Positions 1 through 13,308 of a stretch of 64,000 bases of DNA are shown one piece after another. The translations under genes and the position numbers were made by a program. A model generated the notes under the pieces. That model was not told the origin of the DNA. It did not search any database and saw only the letters and a program-made list of their open reading frames with translations. Positions within the stretch are counted from its first letter, which is position 1. Each line of letters begins with the position of its first letter. This stretch comes from Octopus sinensis (taxonomy: Eukaryota), in the NCBI RefSeq assembly GCF_006345805.1, contig NC_043012.1, positions 39,494,001-39,558,000 of the forward strand, read 5' to 3'.

Positions 1-210
1 TGCTAGCGGGACAAACACAAACATACACGCACACATATATATACATATATACGACGGGCTTCTTTCAGTTTCTGTCTACCAAATCCACTCACAAGACATT
101 GGTCGGCCTGAGGCTATAGTAGAAGACACTTGCCCAAGGTGCCACGCAGTGGGACTGAACCTGGAACCATGTGGTTGGTAAACAAGCTACTTACCACACA
201 GCTGCTCCTG
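1..210 (-). mobile_element. tRNA-derived SINE family A, 5' half (cut by window edge)
   Basis: Reverse complement matches the heads at 15828 and 30910 (GGCTGTGTGGTAAG...GGTTCAGTCCCACTG; Pol III A/B-box-like). Confidence 0.8.
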
Positions 211-224
211 TCAAATGTAAATAA

Positions 225-635
225 TATTTGTCTTTATTGCCCATAGGGAGCTGAACATTGAGGAGAAAAACAAGGACAGACAAAGAGATTAAGTCGATTA
301 CATCGACCTCAGTGCATACCTGGTACTTATTTAATCGACCCCGAAAGGATGAAAGTCGACCACGGCGGAATTTGAACTCAGAACGTAACGGCAAACGAAA
401 TACCTATTTCTTTACTACCCACAAGGGGCTAAACACAGAGGGAACAAACAAGGAGAGACATACGGATTGAGTCGATTATATCGACCACAGTGCGTAACTG
501 GTACTTATTTAATCGACCCTGAAAGGATGAAAGGCAAAGTCGACCTCGGCGGAATTTGAACTCAGAACGTAACGGCAGACGAAATACCGCTAAACATTTC
601 GTCCAGCGTGCTAATGATTCTGCCAGCTCGCCGCC
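225..635 (-). mobile_element. tRNA-derived SINE family B, dimeric copy
   Basis: Minus-strand head GGCGGCGAGCTGGCAGAA...GAGTTCAAATTCC; body repeated twice; homologous to 34225-34624 and 55221-55558. Confidence 0.8.
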
Positions 636-867
636 TTGACTTGTTTGTTGGTAACACAGCGTTTCGGCTGATATACCCTCCAGACTTCGTCAGGTGTCTT
701 GGGTAAATTTCGAATCTGGGTTCTCATTCCTACGTATTTTTCGATGTTATTATTATCATTATTATTATTAGTAGTAGTAGTAGTAGTAGCAGTACTATTC
801 ACTGCCTGGAATCGAACTCGGAATCTTGGGGTTAGTAGCCCGCGTTCTTAACCACTACGCCATATGC
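636..867 (-). mobile_element. tRNA-derived SINE family D with HHR-like 3' tail
   Basis: A box TGGCGTAGTGG and B box GTTCGATTCC on minus (799-867), then a TAC/TAA microsatellite, then a tail with CTGACGA...GAAA. Confidence 0.75.
653..698 (-). ncRNA. Degenerate minimal type I hammerhead ribozyme
   Basis: GACAC-CTGACGA-A-GTCTG(10 nt)CAGCC-GAA-ACGC-T-GTGTT; U16.1 changed to C and one stem II mismatch. Confidence 0.6.
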
Positions 868-1096
868 AGTTGAATATTGCTGAAATAAATATAGACGGCC
901 TACACATAAAGATTAATATCCCCGAGAAACAAATTTCTGTTTGTGTAATACGCAAATTTATGCTAAAAATCATTTGCGGATGATTTGGCATCTATTTTTA
1001 CACCATAAACAGAACAAACGTCGCAAGACATTTTTCTGAGACTTAAACGATCGAACTAAACCACCACCAAAAAAGAAAAAAAAAATTCTTCAAATT

Positions 1097-1285
1097 TCGG
1101 CACAAAGCCAGCGATTTTGATAGGAGCGGGTTGATTGATGCCATTGACTCAAATATTTGAGTGGTACTTTATTTAGTCGACCCCAAAATGATGAAAAACC
1201 AAATTGACTTCGGCTGGATTTGAACGTAGAAGGTAAAAACACGGAACAGATAGTGCAAAGTATTTTGTCCGCCGCACAACCAGTA
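1097..1285 (-). mobile_element. Degenerate SINE family B copy
   Basis: Diverged match to the TGGTACTT...TCGACCCC...AAAGTCGACCTCGG body. Confidence 0.55.
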
Positions 1286-1589
1286 TCACCAAGCCAAACA
1301 ACAGGTTACAATATCCACTAAAAAAATAACACTTCACTGAGATGAAGGAACTATGATTATAGTTTGATAGGAAAATTAAGCGAATTAAAAGCTTATTTTT
1401 GTTTTTATATGTGGTTTGTTTGATAAACTGGAGACGTAAAATATAAATAGAACAACTTCACTAGTAATTTTCTCTTTCAACTCTTCCAAGCGGCCTTGTT
1501 TGTGTTGTTTCATTATTGACCATTAAAGACATTCACCTCTTGCTTTACACCAGCAACTCTTTACGCAATGATTTCTCTCTTCTTTTTAT

Positions 1590-1990
1590 CTCTCTCTTTC
1601 TCTCATTACTCTTCCATTCTGTCTCTCTCACCACTCTTCCAATGTCTCTCTCTCTCTCTTTCTCTACTCTCATACACTCACATGCAGTTCCCTCTTTCAC
1701 ATTGAAATTGTTTCTTACACACACAATTTCTCACTCACTATCTCTCTCCCTCCCTCGCCCCTCCCCATCTTTCTCTCCCTCCCAATTTCTCTCTCCCTCT
1801 CCCTCTCCCCCTCCCCCTCCCCATCTCTCTCTCCCTCCCCATTTCTCTTTCCTTCCCCATTTCTCACTCTCCCCATTTCTCTCTCTCTCCATCTCCGCCT
1901 CTCCCGCCCCATCACCGTCTCTTGCTCTCTCTTATTTCTCAAATTCTCAATTTCTATAACTTATTCTCTCTCTCATTCCATCTCTCAATA
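1590..1990. repeat. Polypyrimidine/polypurine (CT-rich) tract
   Basis: Almost only C/T on the plus strand. Confidence 0.85.
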
Positions 1991-2646
1991 TTTTTTTTAA
2001 AATGACTTTAATATTCAATGTCCCATTTTGGCTTTCGGTGAATCTACGGAATTCTACAGAGGCATTTAAGCCACTTCTGTATGCCACGGAAGGTTTGTTT
2101 ATCAGACAGATTTTCGCGTACAAACCAAATATTAAAGATAAAATGACAGACGGACACGTGGATACCTTCTGTGCTGGATATGACAAAACGCCTTGAGGTT
2201 CTTTGAAATGTGATTACGAAACAGACTAGTCTGATACAATGACATCGGTTGGTAGCCGACATGAACGACACCGGCAGCAGCAGTAGTAGCAGCAGTAATT
2301 GCGCTGAATATTTCACACGAGATTTCATGAGACAGAAAACCTGTTTGAAAACCAAATAAAAAAGAAATAAAAGGAGAGGAAAAAAAATCAAGTAAATACA
2401 CGTTTGAATGGCCATTATAATAAGAGGGTGATAGACCGTGAAGAGATTATTTCTGTGGCCAGTCGACAGTTAAGAAAGTGCCTATCAAACTCTCATTTAT
2501 TATTTACCAAAAGCTAGGAAGCAGATCAGTCTGGGAGCTTCAATTTGAAACTTTCGTCGAGAATTGTAATCATGTAAATAATTGCTGCGAACTGACTACA
2601 AAAGAACCGCAAAATCTATTGCTTACACACACACACACACACACAC

Positions 2647-3040
2647 TGGTGTGGATGTGCGGTAAGAAGCTTGCTTCCCAACCACATGATTCCGGGTTCG
2701 GTCCCACTGCTTGACACCTTAGGCAGGTGTCTTGCACTATAGCTTTTCACTGACGAAAGCCTTGTGAGTGGATTTCGTAAGTGGAAACTGAAAGAAGCCT
2801 GCTGTATATAGTTATGTATGTGTGTGTATGTGCGCGCATGTGTGTGGGTGTCTGTATATGTATTTGTTCCCGCCACCGCTCCACAACTGGTATTTGTGTG
2901 TTTACGTATCCGTAACTTAGCGGTTCGACAAAGGTGGTCGGCAGAATAAGTACCAGGCTTTGCAAAACAAATAAGTACTGGGATCGATTCGTTCGGCTAA
3001 AATTCTTCAAAGCGGTGCCCCAGCATGGCCGCAGTCAAAT
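2647..3040 (+). mobile_element. SINE family A, near full length
   Basis: Head, internal microsatellite and tail GCGGTGCCCCAGCATGGCCGCAGTCAAAT. Confidence 0.8.
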
Positions 3041-3086
3041 TAGAGAAGCAAGAAAATGGAAAAGGAAAGATGAAAGATTATATATA

Positions 3087-3476
3087 TAGGCACAGGCGTG
3101 GCTGTGTGGTAAGAATCTTGATTCTCACCCACATTGTTGCGGGTTCAGTCCCACAGCGTAGCACCTTGGGTAAATGTCTTTTACTATAGCTTTGCGCCGA
3201 CGAAAGACTTGAGTGGATTTAGTTGACGGAAAGCGAAAGAAGTTCGTCGTATATATATATATATATATATTTGTGTGTGTCTTTGTGTCTGTGTTTGTCC
3301 CCCCAAACCACCATCGCTTGACAACCGATGTTGGTGTATTTATGTCCCCAAAACTTAGTGCTTCGGCAAAAGAGACCGAGAGAATAAGTACTATGCTTAC
3401 AAAGTCCTGGGGACGATTTCTTCGACTATAGGCGGTGCTCCCATGCTGCAGTAAAATGTCTGAAACGTGTAAAAGA

Positions 3477-3478
<2 letters not shown>
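3087..3478 (+). mobile_element. SINE family A, near full length
   Basis: Same head, body and tail as 2647-3040. Confidence 0.8.
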
Positions 3479-3524
<46 letters not shown>

Positions 3525-3782
3525 TTGAGTGACAGGCGGGGGACTGACTAGAGCATAATTGTTTTAAGGTTTATATGGTTGGTATTAGTAGAATATGAAA
3601 TTATTTTCAAACTACTCGCAAGAGTCGACGGAGAAATTAAGGCAGGAAACGAATGAAATCTACCAACCAAGAACATTAGCATTCACATGGACGGTTTTTA
3701 TCTACCAAATTTCACTCAAAACCGGGCTGCTGCTAGAAACAGTATATTTGCGAAGTGAACGTTTGACCACACAATCGTTTCT

Positions 3783-3978
3783 ATTTTAGGCACAAGGCCT
3801 GAAATATGGGGGATGGGGATAGTACTCAACTGATACTCAACTGGTACTTAATTAATCGACCCTGAAAGGATTAAAGGTAAAGTCGACCTCGGTGGGACTT
3901 GAACTCAGAACATAGCGACGGGCGAAATACCGCTAAGCATTTCGTCCAGCATGCTAACGATTCTGCCAGCTCGCCGCA
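3783..3978 (-). mobile_element. SINE family B
   Basis: Head GCGGCGAGCTGGCAGAATCGTTAGC on minus; conserved body. Confidence 0.8.
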
Positions 3979-5004
3979 TTTCTGGGTCTCTATAATGACT
4001 GATCTTATTTTAGTGTCCATTTTATTTATACCGTCACGTTTTAGTCTGTAAATTAAGAATAGCAAGAAAATATTTACCATTTGTCAGAATCCGCATAGAC
4101 CAAAACAAAGAATTATAAACGTAATAGATTTTCTCAAAAACAGGGTTTCATTCCTTAGAAATTGAACCCTAACACGGTAAACTTCTCACCTCTTGATTGT
4201 CAACACACAAACCTACATTAGTGGATAATCCATGAATTCATCATTTTAAATCTTCACTGGGTTTCCACGCATCCCTTTTCAGCACGGGCCTCCAATTTGT
4301 CTGACTCTTCAATCTCTGTCTGTCAGAATGTCAATGCATACGCGCGTTTGTACGTTTTGCTTGTGCGTTTTTGTATTTGCAATATATCCAAACACACGCA
4401 TACATACAGGCATACATACATACACACATATATACACATTACTCTTCTTTCCTCATCTAATCATATATATATATATATTTCTACTGAACCCTCTTACTAG
4501 CTGTCATTATCTCTCCTTTTCCCTTCTGTCTTTCATTGTATCACGAGTATTACTCTCTCTCTCTCTCTCTCTCTCTCGTTCACCATTCCTTCTCCTCACT
4601 ATGGTACTCATTCCCACCAACACCAAATCTTTAGTTCAAAATGTCAGGAGACCAAAGTCGTGTCTACACGAAACATAGGTTAAAGGATCAAACATAACCA
4701 CCAATATCATTGCCATTGCCATCTTCACCACAGTAACAACAACAACAACAACTAGCAACAGCCCAATCGACTACTACTGCTGCTGCTACAATTACACCAA
4801 CAACACCTCCATCATCCTTTTCAAGTGTCAAAAATGTCAGTCAATGTAAGTGGCCGCCATTATCATTGAATGATATAAAATTGATCAAAGAATCTTTTAT
4901 AACAAAAAGAAAACACAACAGAAACAAAAACCAAACCGAGGCGCTGACAATGGAATCTTCGCATGTAATAAAATGGCTTAAAGGAGATTTACACCATTGC
5001 TCGT

Positions 5005-5460
5005 TTTTAGTTTAGTTCCAGGTCAGCTTCTGTCCAGTAAATCTCTGATCAGAGATGCTCCAGCTCTAAGCGTCCCATCTCCTTTTATGTAACTAAGTTT
5101 ACATTTTCTAATATACACTTCCTTTCTTAAAACTGTAGTGTATGATTAAAGAAGTTTGGCTACTATTTCTACTCTTTCGACCGACCACGTAGTTTCCTCC
5201 TTCGGTGATTCATACGACGGTTGTAATTGACATCATCTGTCATCGTTGTTAGGTTGCGTAACGTCTGGTCTATTCTGATATGATCAACACTCTCATCATA
5301 AGTGGTCCGTTTTTGTTGTTCCTTTTCCAGATAATGTATCTAGGACCACATTGTCCTCCTTTAAGGCAGTAGAACGGTAATTTAAGATAGATTTAGCTGT
5401 TGTTTCTGATACGTCTAACCACCACATAGAAAAGCTTCACATATTTCGCAATATTTTTAG
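5005..5460 (-). mobile_element. Degenerate SINE-like family C fragments
   Basis: Reverse complement resembles the AGAAATAGCA-CCAAAT...GCTGACCT-G-GCT-AACAACAAC motif at 45646-45795 and 21370-21555. Confidence 0.45.
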
Positions 5461-8199
5461 TCTCATCTGTTTAAAAATATATCACCTGATCCAGTGTAGA
5501 CATGATAGTACCCATTTCAGGTGAGAGAACTTAACTGGGTTGTTTTCACTTCCGAAAGGAATCCATTCTCTACTTTTCAGTGGATTAATCATAAGAGAAA
5601 TGGCACCACCGAAGTCCTCATTTTGCAGGCGCTTTTAGACTGGAAGGACGGAGGGCAAGAAGTCACTATGATTCCTGAAATACGATCCTGTTCCAAACAC
5701 AACTGAATCGTCTCCATTCATAGAACACAAGAGTCTTGTGCTAACTTTACATCTAATTAACAGCGAAAACAACGTAAATGATTGTATTGCATTATATAAT
5801 AGTGAAATGACATTATGGAGGGATTCCAAATCACGTGCGACATACCACTGGGAGCGGACAGAGCTTTTATTCTAGCATTGATAAACATTGCCATCAACCT
5901 GACTTCACTCACAAGTCTTGTCTACTGAAGTCTAGGATGTTTAGTAGAAGCCATAACAAGAGGGTCTTGAGCGTATCGCATATTGGGCTGGGTTTGTGAA
6001 GAATCTCTGTGAGGTGAGGAATCCATTGCAACTGGATTTCAATTCTGTGGTGTTTGTCTTCATACATAACGGTGTCACCTCAAGGTATTTTAATTTTTTT
6101 ATGGTGAGGTTGAATCACTCGGAGTTTACTTCAGTCAAAACTTACATGTAGATGGCAACGAAGGACTAATGGTGACTTTTGGGGAAAATATGACTGTGAC
6201 TCAGAAATGTGCTAAAAGAATGTTATAGTGGAAATGTGGGATAGCAGTGTTTCGGCGGTGTGTAATTACCTGTCGATGCAGCCTTGACATAGTGGATTGT
6301 CTGATCAGACTGGGTAGGTTGCTCTTTTAAAATTTCTTGAAGGGACAGGTTTTTGTCAGAATGGCCATTTGTTATTAGCATCTTGCACTGAGATCTCTTT
6401 CCATTCTAGGTGTCAATTGGCGATCAAACACATATAGCCATCAAATCTGTGGACTTCCATGAAAGAGGTCGGCGCATGTGGAATACTCGTCCCAGGACAT
6501 CTCATGTCTGTAACAACTGGACTGCAGTGATAGTTTAATCGTTGACCATAAATGAATGCTCGGTTATAGGAGCATTGTGTTCGCGTGTCTTCTTCCATCA
6601 CGTGTGTTCCTCCATCTCTTTAGGAAATACATTGGGCAGGATGCAAATCTTTTAATTTTAATATGGTTTTGGGGATGGTATGGACAAACATACAGTTTAG
6701 GGTACTCTGGATGGCGTATAGCATATATAGAACTGGTGTTCTCGGGGGACTTTCAGTTCTGTTATTATTTAAAATATCCAGTCAACAAGGGCAATTCTAG
6801 TTGCAATATAAGCATCACAGACACGGTAGTGCTCATATCCGAGATTGAAAAAGACGACACCCTCCCTTAAACGTTTTTATTTGGCTTTTTTCAGTATTTG
6901 TGGACTGCTAACTTTTGAATGTATATCAGGCGGTTCTTGTCGTATACAAGATGGATTCCGACTCATCCTGAACTCATCGTTCCGCTGCGCTCCTTTTGCA
7001 ATCAATATTGAAAAATGTTATTGTTTGAGCATTGACAAAAGAGATATCATAGGAGATGAAGTCGAAATGTTTGAAGGGAGAGTCCATCTAACTGATTTGA
7101 ACTTCTACTCAAATTTAAGGACTAAATTATGTGAGAACACATTGAATAAATGCTGATCATCAACCTTTTACAAACTACCGAGGCCCAGTGGCGACATTGC
7201 ACGTCTTTAGTGAATAGCCTACTTCATAACAGGCCAGACTATTGTTGACAGTCAATAGATATGTGTGAATTTTTTTTTCTATTTTCTCTCTCTTCAGGGG
7301 AACAAAGATGGCAAGCATTGAATATTCAGTTTTAAGATACAGCAATGCGAAATGTATATGCTTCATGTCGCCTGCACTCTCTCTTTACAAAGATTGCATG
7401 TAATATTTCATTTAATAATTTTTACCCTTTCTGTTCCGTCCAACCACCCTCCCTTCTTTCACTGCTTTTGATGTTGTTATTTCTCTTTTCAAATATTTAC
7501 ATTATTTTATTTCTTCCCAAACCTTAATGTTTTTGGCATCTGCTCAGTGGAGCTTAGCCATTTTAAGTCGCAGCAAGAACTGGCGAGTTGGAAGTTACCG
7601 GCACTTAATAATTAACTCTTTTTTACTTCCTGTTTGATGATTTTAGTGGCCACAAATGAAACAAATAATATATAATAAATGGCGATTTCGGGGCAACAAC
7701 AGCAACAAGAAGATCAAGAAAACAACAACAACAACAACAACAATGACGAAGCCAGTAAAACAACGATCAGCACACACAAAATAGAAATACCACAAACACA
7801 AATAATTAACAGTTATCAGCGGCTTCAAAAGAGAAAGAAATAGCAAATTTACAAAAGAATAGAATGACAACAATACAAATACCGCAAACAACAAGGAATG
7901 GAGTATTTAAAAGAATGAATGAGTAAAGGCTTTAAAGTCTTTAATATAATTATTTTGTTTCGAGTCTTATTCATTATTTTCTTTTTTCATCTAAATTGTC
8001 CTTCGTTTTCACTTCGGTTCATAAAAAAACATGGTTTTCTGTTTGTGAAACTATTTCGTTTGTCATCAGTAGCGTGGTCAAGGGCGCAGAACGTGTACAA
8101 TACCCGACAGATTTCTTTACTACAAACAACACTTCACGTGATACGACGTAGAGAGCGTGAGTAATCGATTTGTCTTTGGTGACTATCTGATCAATTTAG

Positions 8200-8620
8200 A
8201 TCAGTTTAAAGATTTTAGTCGAGTTAGCCAAATGAATTAGTGGCGGCTTTCCATCTCATTCTCAGATGCTGGATCGTTGCTTCTATGTACAGAAGCATTT
8301 GCTCGCTAATCACACGAAGCGTCCGCCTAACCGGTTCTATGGGCAACATAATTTGCACATTGATCAGATTAAACGGTCAACTATTGAAAGCTTCTCAATC
8401 AAGATATTCGCGTCTCCCCGAAGCTTGTTCTCTTTCATTGCTACTATACATTTTCATCGTTGGGCTACTGTTGTGGAAAGCAGAGGGGTTAAGGAACATC
8501 CCACTTGAACTGAGTCGCAGAAAGACTGTCGATGCAATCGGATACTTTAGGATTGTAAGAAGTTAGCAACATATTGACAGCGACATATTGATAGGATACG
8601 AGGTTCTTAATTGCAAATAC
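8200..8620 (+). pseudogene. L1/Tx1-like reverse transcriptase fragment (degraded)
   Basis: NGQLLKASQSRYSRLPEACSLSLLLYIFIVGLLLWKAEGLRNIP aligns by eye to the RT motif NG..S..F...R.VRQGCPLSPLLY....EPLL.KL..LRGIP. Confidence 0.5.
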
Positions 8621-8891
8621 ATCTTAGAATTATGTTGGGTTGGTTGTCTTGCAACTCGGTACCTGAGAAGCAAGACGACGCCGATTAGTAACTGTGTGTC
8701 TGTAACTGAAGTTTGTTCAGCCCATCTATCCAGTTAGAGATGAAATGGCACAAGGTGATTTCAGTAGGTTAAGTGCAGAGACGCTAGTCTCAACCTAAAA
8801 TCAACTGAAAAGAAACTATTTCTGAAATGTTGGCCATTCAGAACGAATGCTTACAATTCCATGCTTTATAATCCCACTAAAATATAGGATA

Positions 8892-10532
8892 ACTAGCATT
8901 ATGACCCGTCGTTGCCGGGTCATAGTGCTTGTGCATGTATATAGGTGTATATATATGTGTACATATTACATGTACATCTATGTATATACATCTACACATA
9001 AAATACAAAATACAAAGTTATATCTTGATATCGCTAGTGATAACAATGCTCAAAATATATAACAGACTGGAATTGTAGGCCCGTCTCTTGCAATTTCGAT
9101 CAATTTTATCTTGTCCTCCCTCTGTATAGATAATCCAGCCTACCTCTACTTCTGGGGGGACATTTTTAATTTTTATCCGGGACGTCCTACGTCCCAGATA
9201 TAAAGGTAAAAATAAAATATTTCCACTTTGCAAGAAACGAGTCGAGTACTCCCTTACACGCTCCGTTGACTCGAACCTTGCTTCTATTGTGGCGAATTTA
9301 CCGCCTCTGGGTAGATATCTTTCATAGTCGCACCAAAACAGTTTTCGATTGTACTTTCCTCCAGGTGTTCAAATCTTTTTTTTTTCTCTTTACATTGTAT
9401 CCTAGATTCACCGTCTTTGTCGGTGATCAATCCGAAATAGGTTTGTATTTCTTCCATTTTAATTTTAATGAGTTTGTGCCCGCCGACGGCTGCAGCGAAA
9501 TTCATTTTTGGACTTTCTTCTATCGAAGACATTCTAACAAAAATGCTTCCGTATAAACTGTAAAAATATTGTCAATTTCCCCAAATAGGGACACAATTCA
9601 ATTTTTAAACAATAATCAAAGCTCCTTCTCCCAAAGGGGAAGGGTTACAGTTTACAATTATTTAACAAATGCAACACAACAACGTTTCCCTTACGAGGAA
9701 CCAACAAACGTGATAACAATAGTTAAACAGTAATAATAATAACAACAAGCCTTACGGTGAATCAAAAAGCAGTACGCAGTTGAAGCTATAGTCCTTTATG
9801 TATAAGAAATAAACCAACAGCAGTACTCAGTAGAAGCGGCTGTTCGCGAAAACAGACATTACATACAGCCAAACTTCAAATAGATACTTAATGCTAGCTA
9901 GTTAGCAGATAATCTAATGTAAAAGCCGTGGTAAACGGTATGTGTACAGCTCCATCTGGACTATTCCATTTCTACACGCCAATTTTATTTTTAATTCATT
10001 CCCATTCATGTGAAACCACTTATTCAAGTTCAAGTCATTGATGCAATTTTATACCAATTGCTCTTTTTACTTTTGTTATGTTACGATTATATTATACTTT
10101 AGTTTGATTTTAATTATTACTTACTACATATAATTCAATTGTTATTATTATTTTTATTGTTAAAGTGAAAGTATCTGACATAAAATAGAGAAATGTTTTT
10201 GTTTCACTTTTAACACGTAATACTGAAATAGTGGAGAAGATATGATATTGCTATGGGCTCGCCCTAGGCAAGAGGTTGAACATTTTTTGGGTCATGAAAC
10301 TATATGGACCCTAAGTAAGGCATGTGCAAAATTTGAATGAAATTGGTTGTGTAGTTTTCAAGTTTTAGGGAATCGTAGTGGAGAAGATATGTTATTGCTG
10401 TGGGGTCGCCGATGAAACTCCCCGGACCCTAAGTAAGGCATGTGTAAAATTTGAATGAAATTGGTTGTGTAGTTCTCAGGTTTTAGGGAAACACACAGAC
10501 AGACACACATTCTCAGTTTTATATATATAGAT
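8892..10532 (+). mobile_element. Non-autonomous Helitron/Helentron-like element
   Basis: Starts ACTAGC with a 14-bp hairpin (8895-8929); ends CTCAGTTTTATATATATAGAT; homologous in inverted orientation to 37894-38854. Confidence 0.55.
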
Positions 10533-10839
10533 AACGATTCCATTGTAAGCCATTTCTCCACTGATGTAGAGAAAGGCTTTATGAAATAATACCATATATT
10601 AGGAAAGAGAGGAAATGCTTCTGTTGAAATTCTTAAATATTTTGGAAGGAGGAGTTGTGGCATGGTTGATCAATATTAAAAGCGAGTTTTCCACCGTTGT
10701 ACGAAATGGTTCTATGATTGAAAATTAAAAAGGAAAAAAAAAAGCTTCGTGCTATAGTGTAAAATCGTAACTGTGTCTAAGGTTGTGAATGTTCCTCCGT
10801 GTTGTGTATATTGGATGCATATATATGAAGGTGTATATA

Positions 10840-10870
<31 letters not shown>

Positions 10871-11908
10871 TGCGGAAGTGTACTGGTGAGGCAAATAATT
10901 TGCTCGGAGACCGTGTTTTGAAATTAGAAACACAAACTGAAGAGGATTCATGTCTTCAACTAGGATGCAGTTGGTGCGAAGAAAATTTTCATCCCGAATA
11001 ATAAACGTTGAAATGAAGTGAAGATTTAAAGTGTTTTTGAATGCTTAATATATGCATTCTACACTGTATTAGGTTTACGTCTGTGTGTGTGTGTGTGTGT
11101 GTAATCACTTTTTAAGAATAAACCCAAATAACTGCCAGGAAAACGCATCTACTCGAAATGGCACCCGGGTAGAGACGATATTTGTATTTTATCAAGTTGA
11201 AAAACTGAGAACGTGTTAATTCATTCCAACAGCGAAAGAAAAATTTGCAAGATACTCTCGCTTGTGTAGGTGTTCATTCACACACTCACACACACACACA
11301 CACACACACCACACACACACACTCAAGCTATAAAAATAAATGGCCATAAAATGAAAATCAAGGTAAATAGTAGAATTTAGTTGTAAAGAGTTTGTGAAAA
11401 ATTTCTGATTCACTCGATTCTATTTTCATCTTCATTTCTATTGATTTGGTGTCTTCGGTTAAACATCCAGATTCCAAGTAAATAGGTTCTCTTGCCAAAA
11501 TCATTGATGCACATGTATATGTATGCATACATACATACATACATACATACATACATACATACATTCATACATACATACATGTATATATATATATATATAT
11601 ACGTACAGACAGGTGGCGCGAGAGACACACATTTACACAAACACTCACACATGGACCCATAAACTGTTACACAAAGACAACCACATATACAGTATTTCTC
11701 GTCTCACCAATTTTTTTTTTCGCGCTGACTTCGCCATTTTTTTTATTGTCTACTTTATTTTTTCAGTATTTTGAATTTTTGTTACTGTTATTAGTTCTTG
11801 TGCTTATTTATTGTTGAGGCTATATGTGGGGACTGGAGGATGGCTATTTCTAAACTTACTAAGTTGACCAATTTCATGCAACAGGGTTGTTGCTTCTTCT
11901 TCTTCTTC

Positions 11909-11947
<39 letters not shown>

Positions 11948-12128
11948 TATTATTATTATTATTATTATTATCATTATTATTATTATTATTATTATTACCA
12001 TTCTTCCTTTTCTTCTCTTTTGGTATTATAGACGTTACTTACCTATAATTATACATTCGCAGGATAATGTGTCTATGTATACACATACACACATATTTGT
12101 ACACGTATAAGAATACACGTGTATATAC

Positions 12129-12216
<88 letters not shown>

Positions 12217-12458
12217 GCGTGTATGTGTATATATGTGTGAATATATACCTATAAATATGTATATACATACATGTGTACATATATCTTGTCTATCTATAAT
12301 GTGTTTTGCTGCGGTGTCAATTCATTTTTTAACTTGCTTTCTTTTACTTCTGGTCTTTGTTTCTTTGTTTGTATTTGCCCTTCCGCCTCCGATCTAGCTA
12401 TTTATTTATCTAATCTAGCTAGTCTTTCTATCTCTTTATAAGCACACACACACACACA

Positions 12459-12504
<46 letters not shown>

Positions 12505-13202
12505 ACGTGCATGCACACATATCTCTGTGATTCTCTCTCAAACCGATATCGCCCTCGGGTCACTACTCATGCACTTGCACACATATATACACATATATGA
12601 CCACCACCCTTACATGCACAAAATTGTGTGTGTGTTACTTGCTGATAATTGTCTAAATACCATCAGCATTAACTAAATCGCAGGTTACGTTACAAAGTGT
12701 AGACTAAAAAGAAGCCAAATTATGTTGAAACTTCGAAGTCCCAAACAAACGCTTAAGGTGTTTTGCGTGGATGTATGGTTTGTGTGAGTACATATAACTC
12801 TGATAGCTAGATTAAGTATACGTAGGTATAGTAGCAAACACACACACATACACGAATGCGTATATGTGTGTTTGTGTTTGTATATATATATCCGATGTCT
12901 TTTATCTCTTCTAAAGGTATACGTTTAGTAGCCATACTAATTCCATTTCTTGTCCAACAGTAGATACAAGTAGTGACAGCTACTGGTGAAAGCGAGTAAA
13001 TGTGGAGGGATGGTTTCTGGTGGAGGATGATAGAATGCATACAGTCTTTCTCTTCATTTTTAACAAAATTAAAAGCAGCTTCTCAACAACAACAACAACA
13101 ACATGACAGTAGACGCCTCAAGAAATCTTAGCTGAACTTCCAGCTTTTGCAAAACAGATTCTTTGCTCTCTCTCTCTCTCTCTCTCTCCCTCTCTCTCTC
13201 TC

Positions 13203-13308
<106 letters not shown>

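Noticed and set aside
799-867. tRNA-like sequence
   Set aside because: No acceptor stem or complete cloverleaf; it is a SINE head, not a tRNA gene.
2044-2415. Minus ORF with a signal-peptide-like poly-Leu (MKSRVKYSAQLLLLLLLLPVSF...)
   Set aside because: The Leu run comes from a CTG/CTA microsatellite; weak splice donor and no recognisable domain.
5820-7340. Unique-looking stretch suspected to be a decayed LINE on minus
   Set aside because: I could not recover a diagnostic RT or endonuclease motif in any frame, so it is left unannotated.
8045-8075. Minus-strand CTGATGA-CAAAC-GAAA
   Set aside because: No room for stem II and no stem I pairing.
12940-13000. Possible terminal exon (TCCAACAG|..DTSSDSYW*)
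   Set aside because: Only an acceptor-like site and 8 codons; not supportable.
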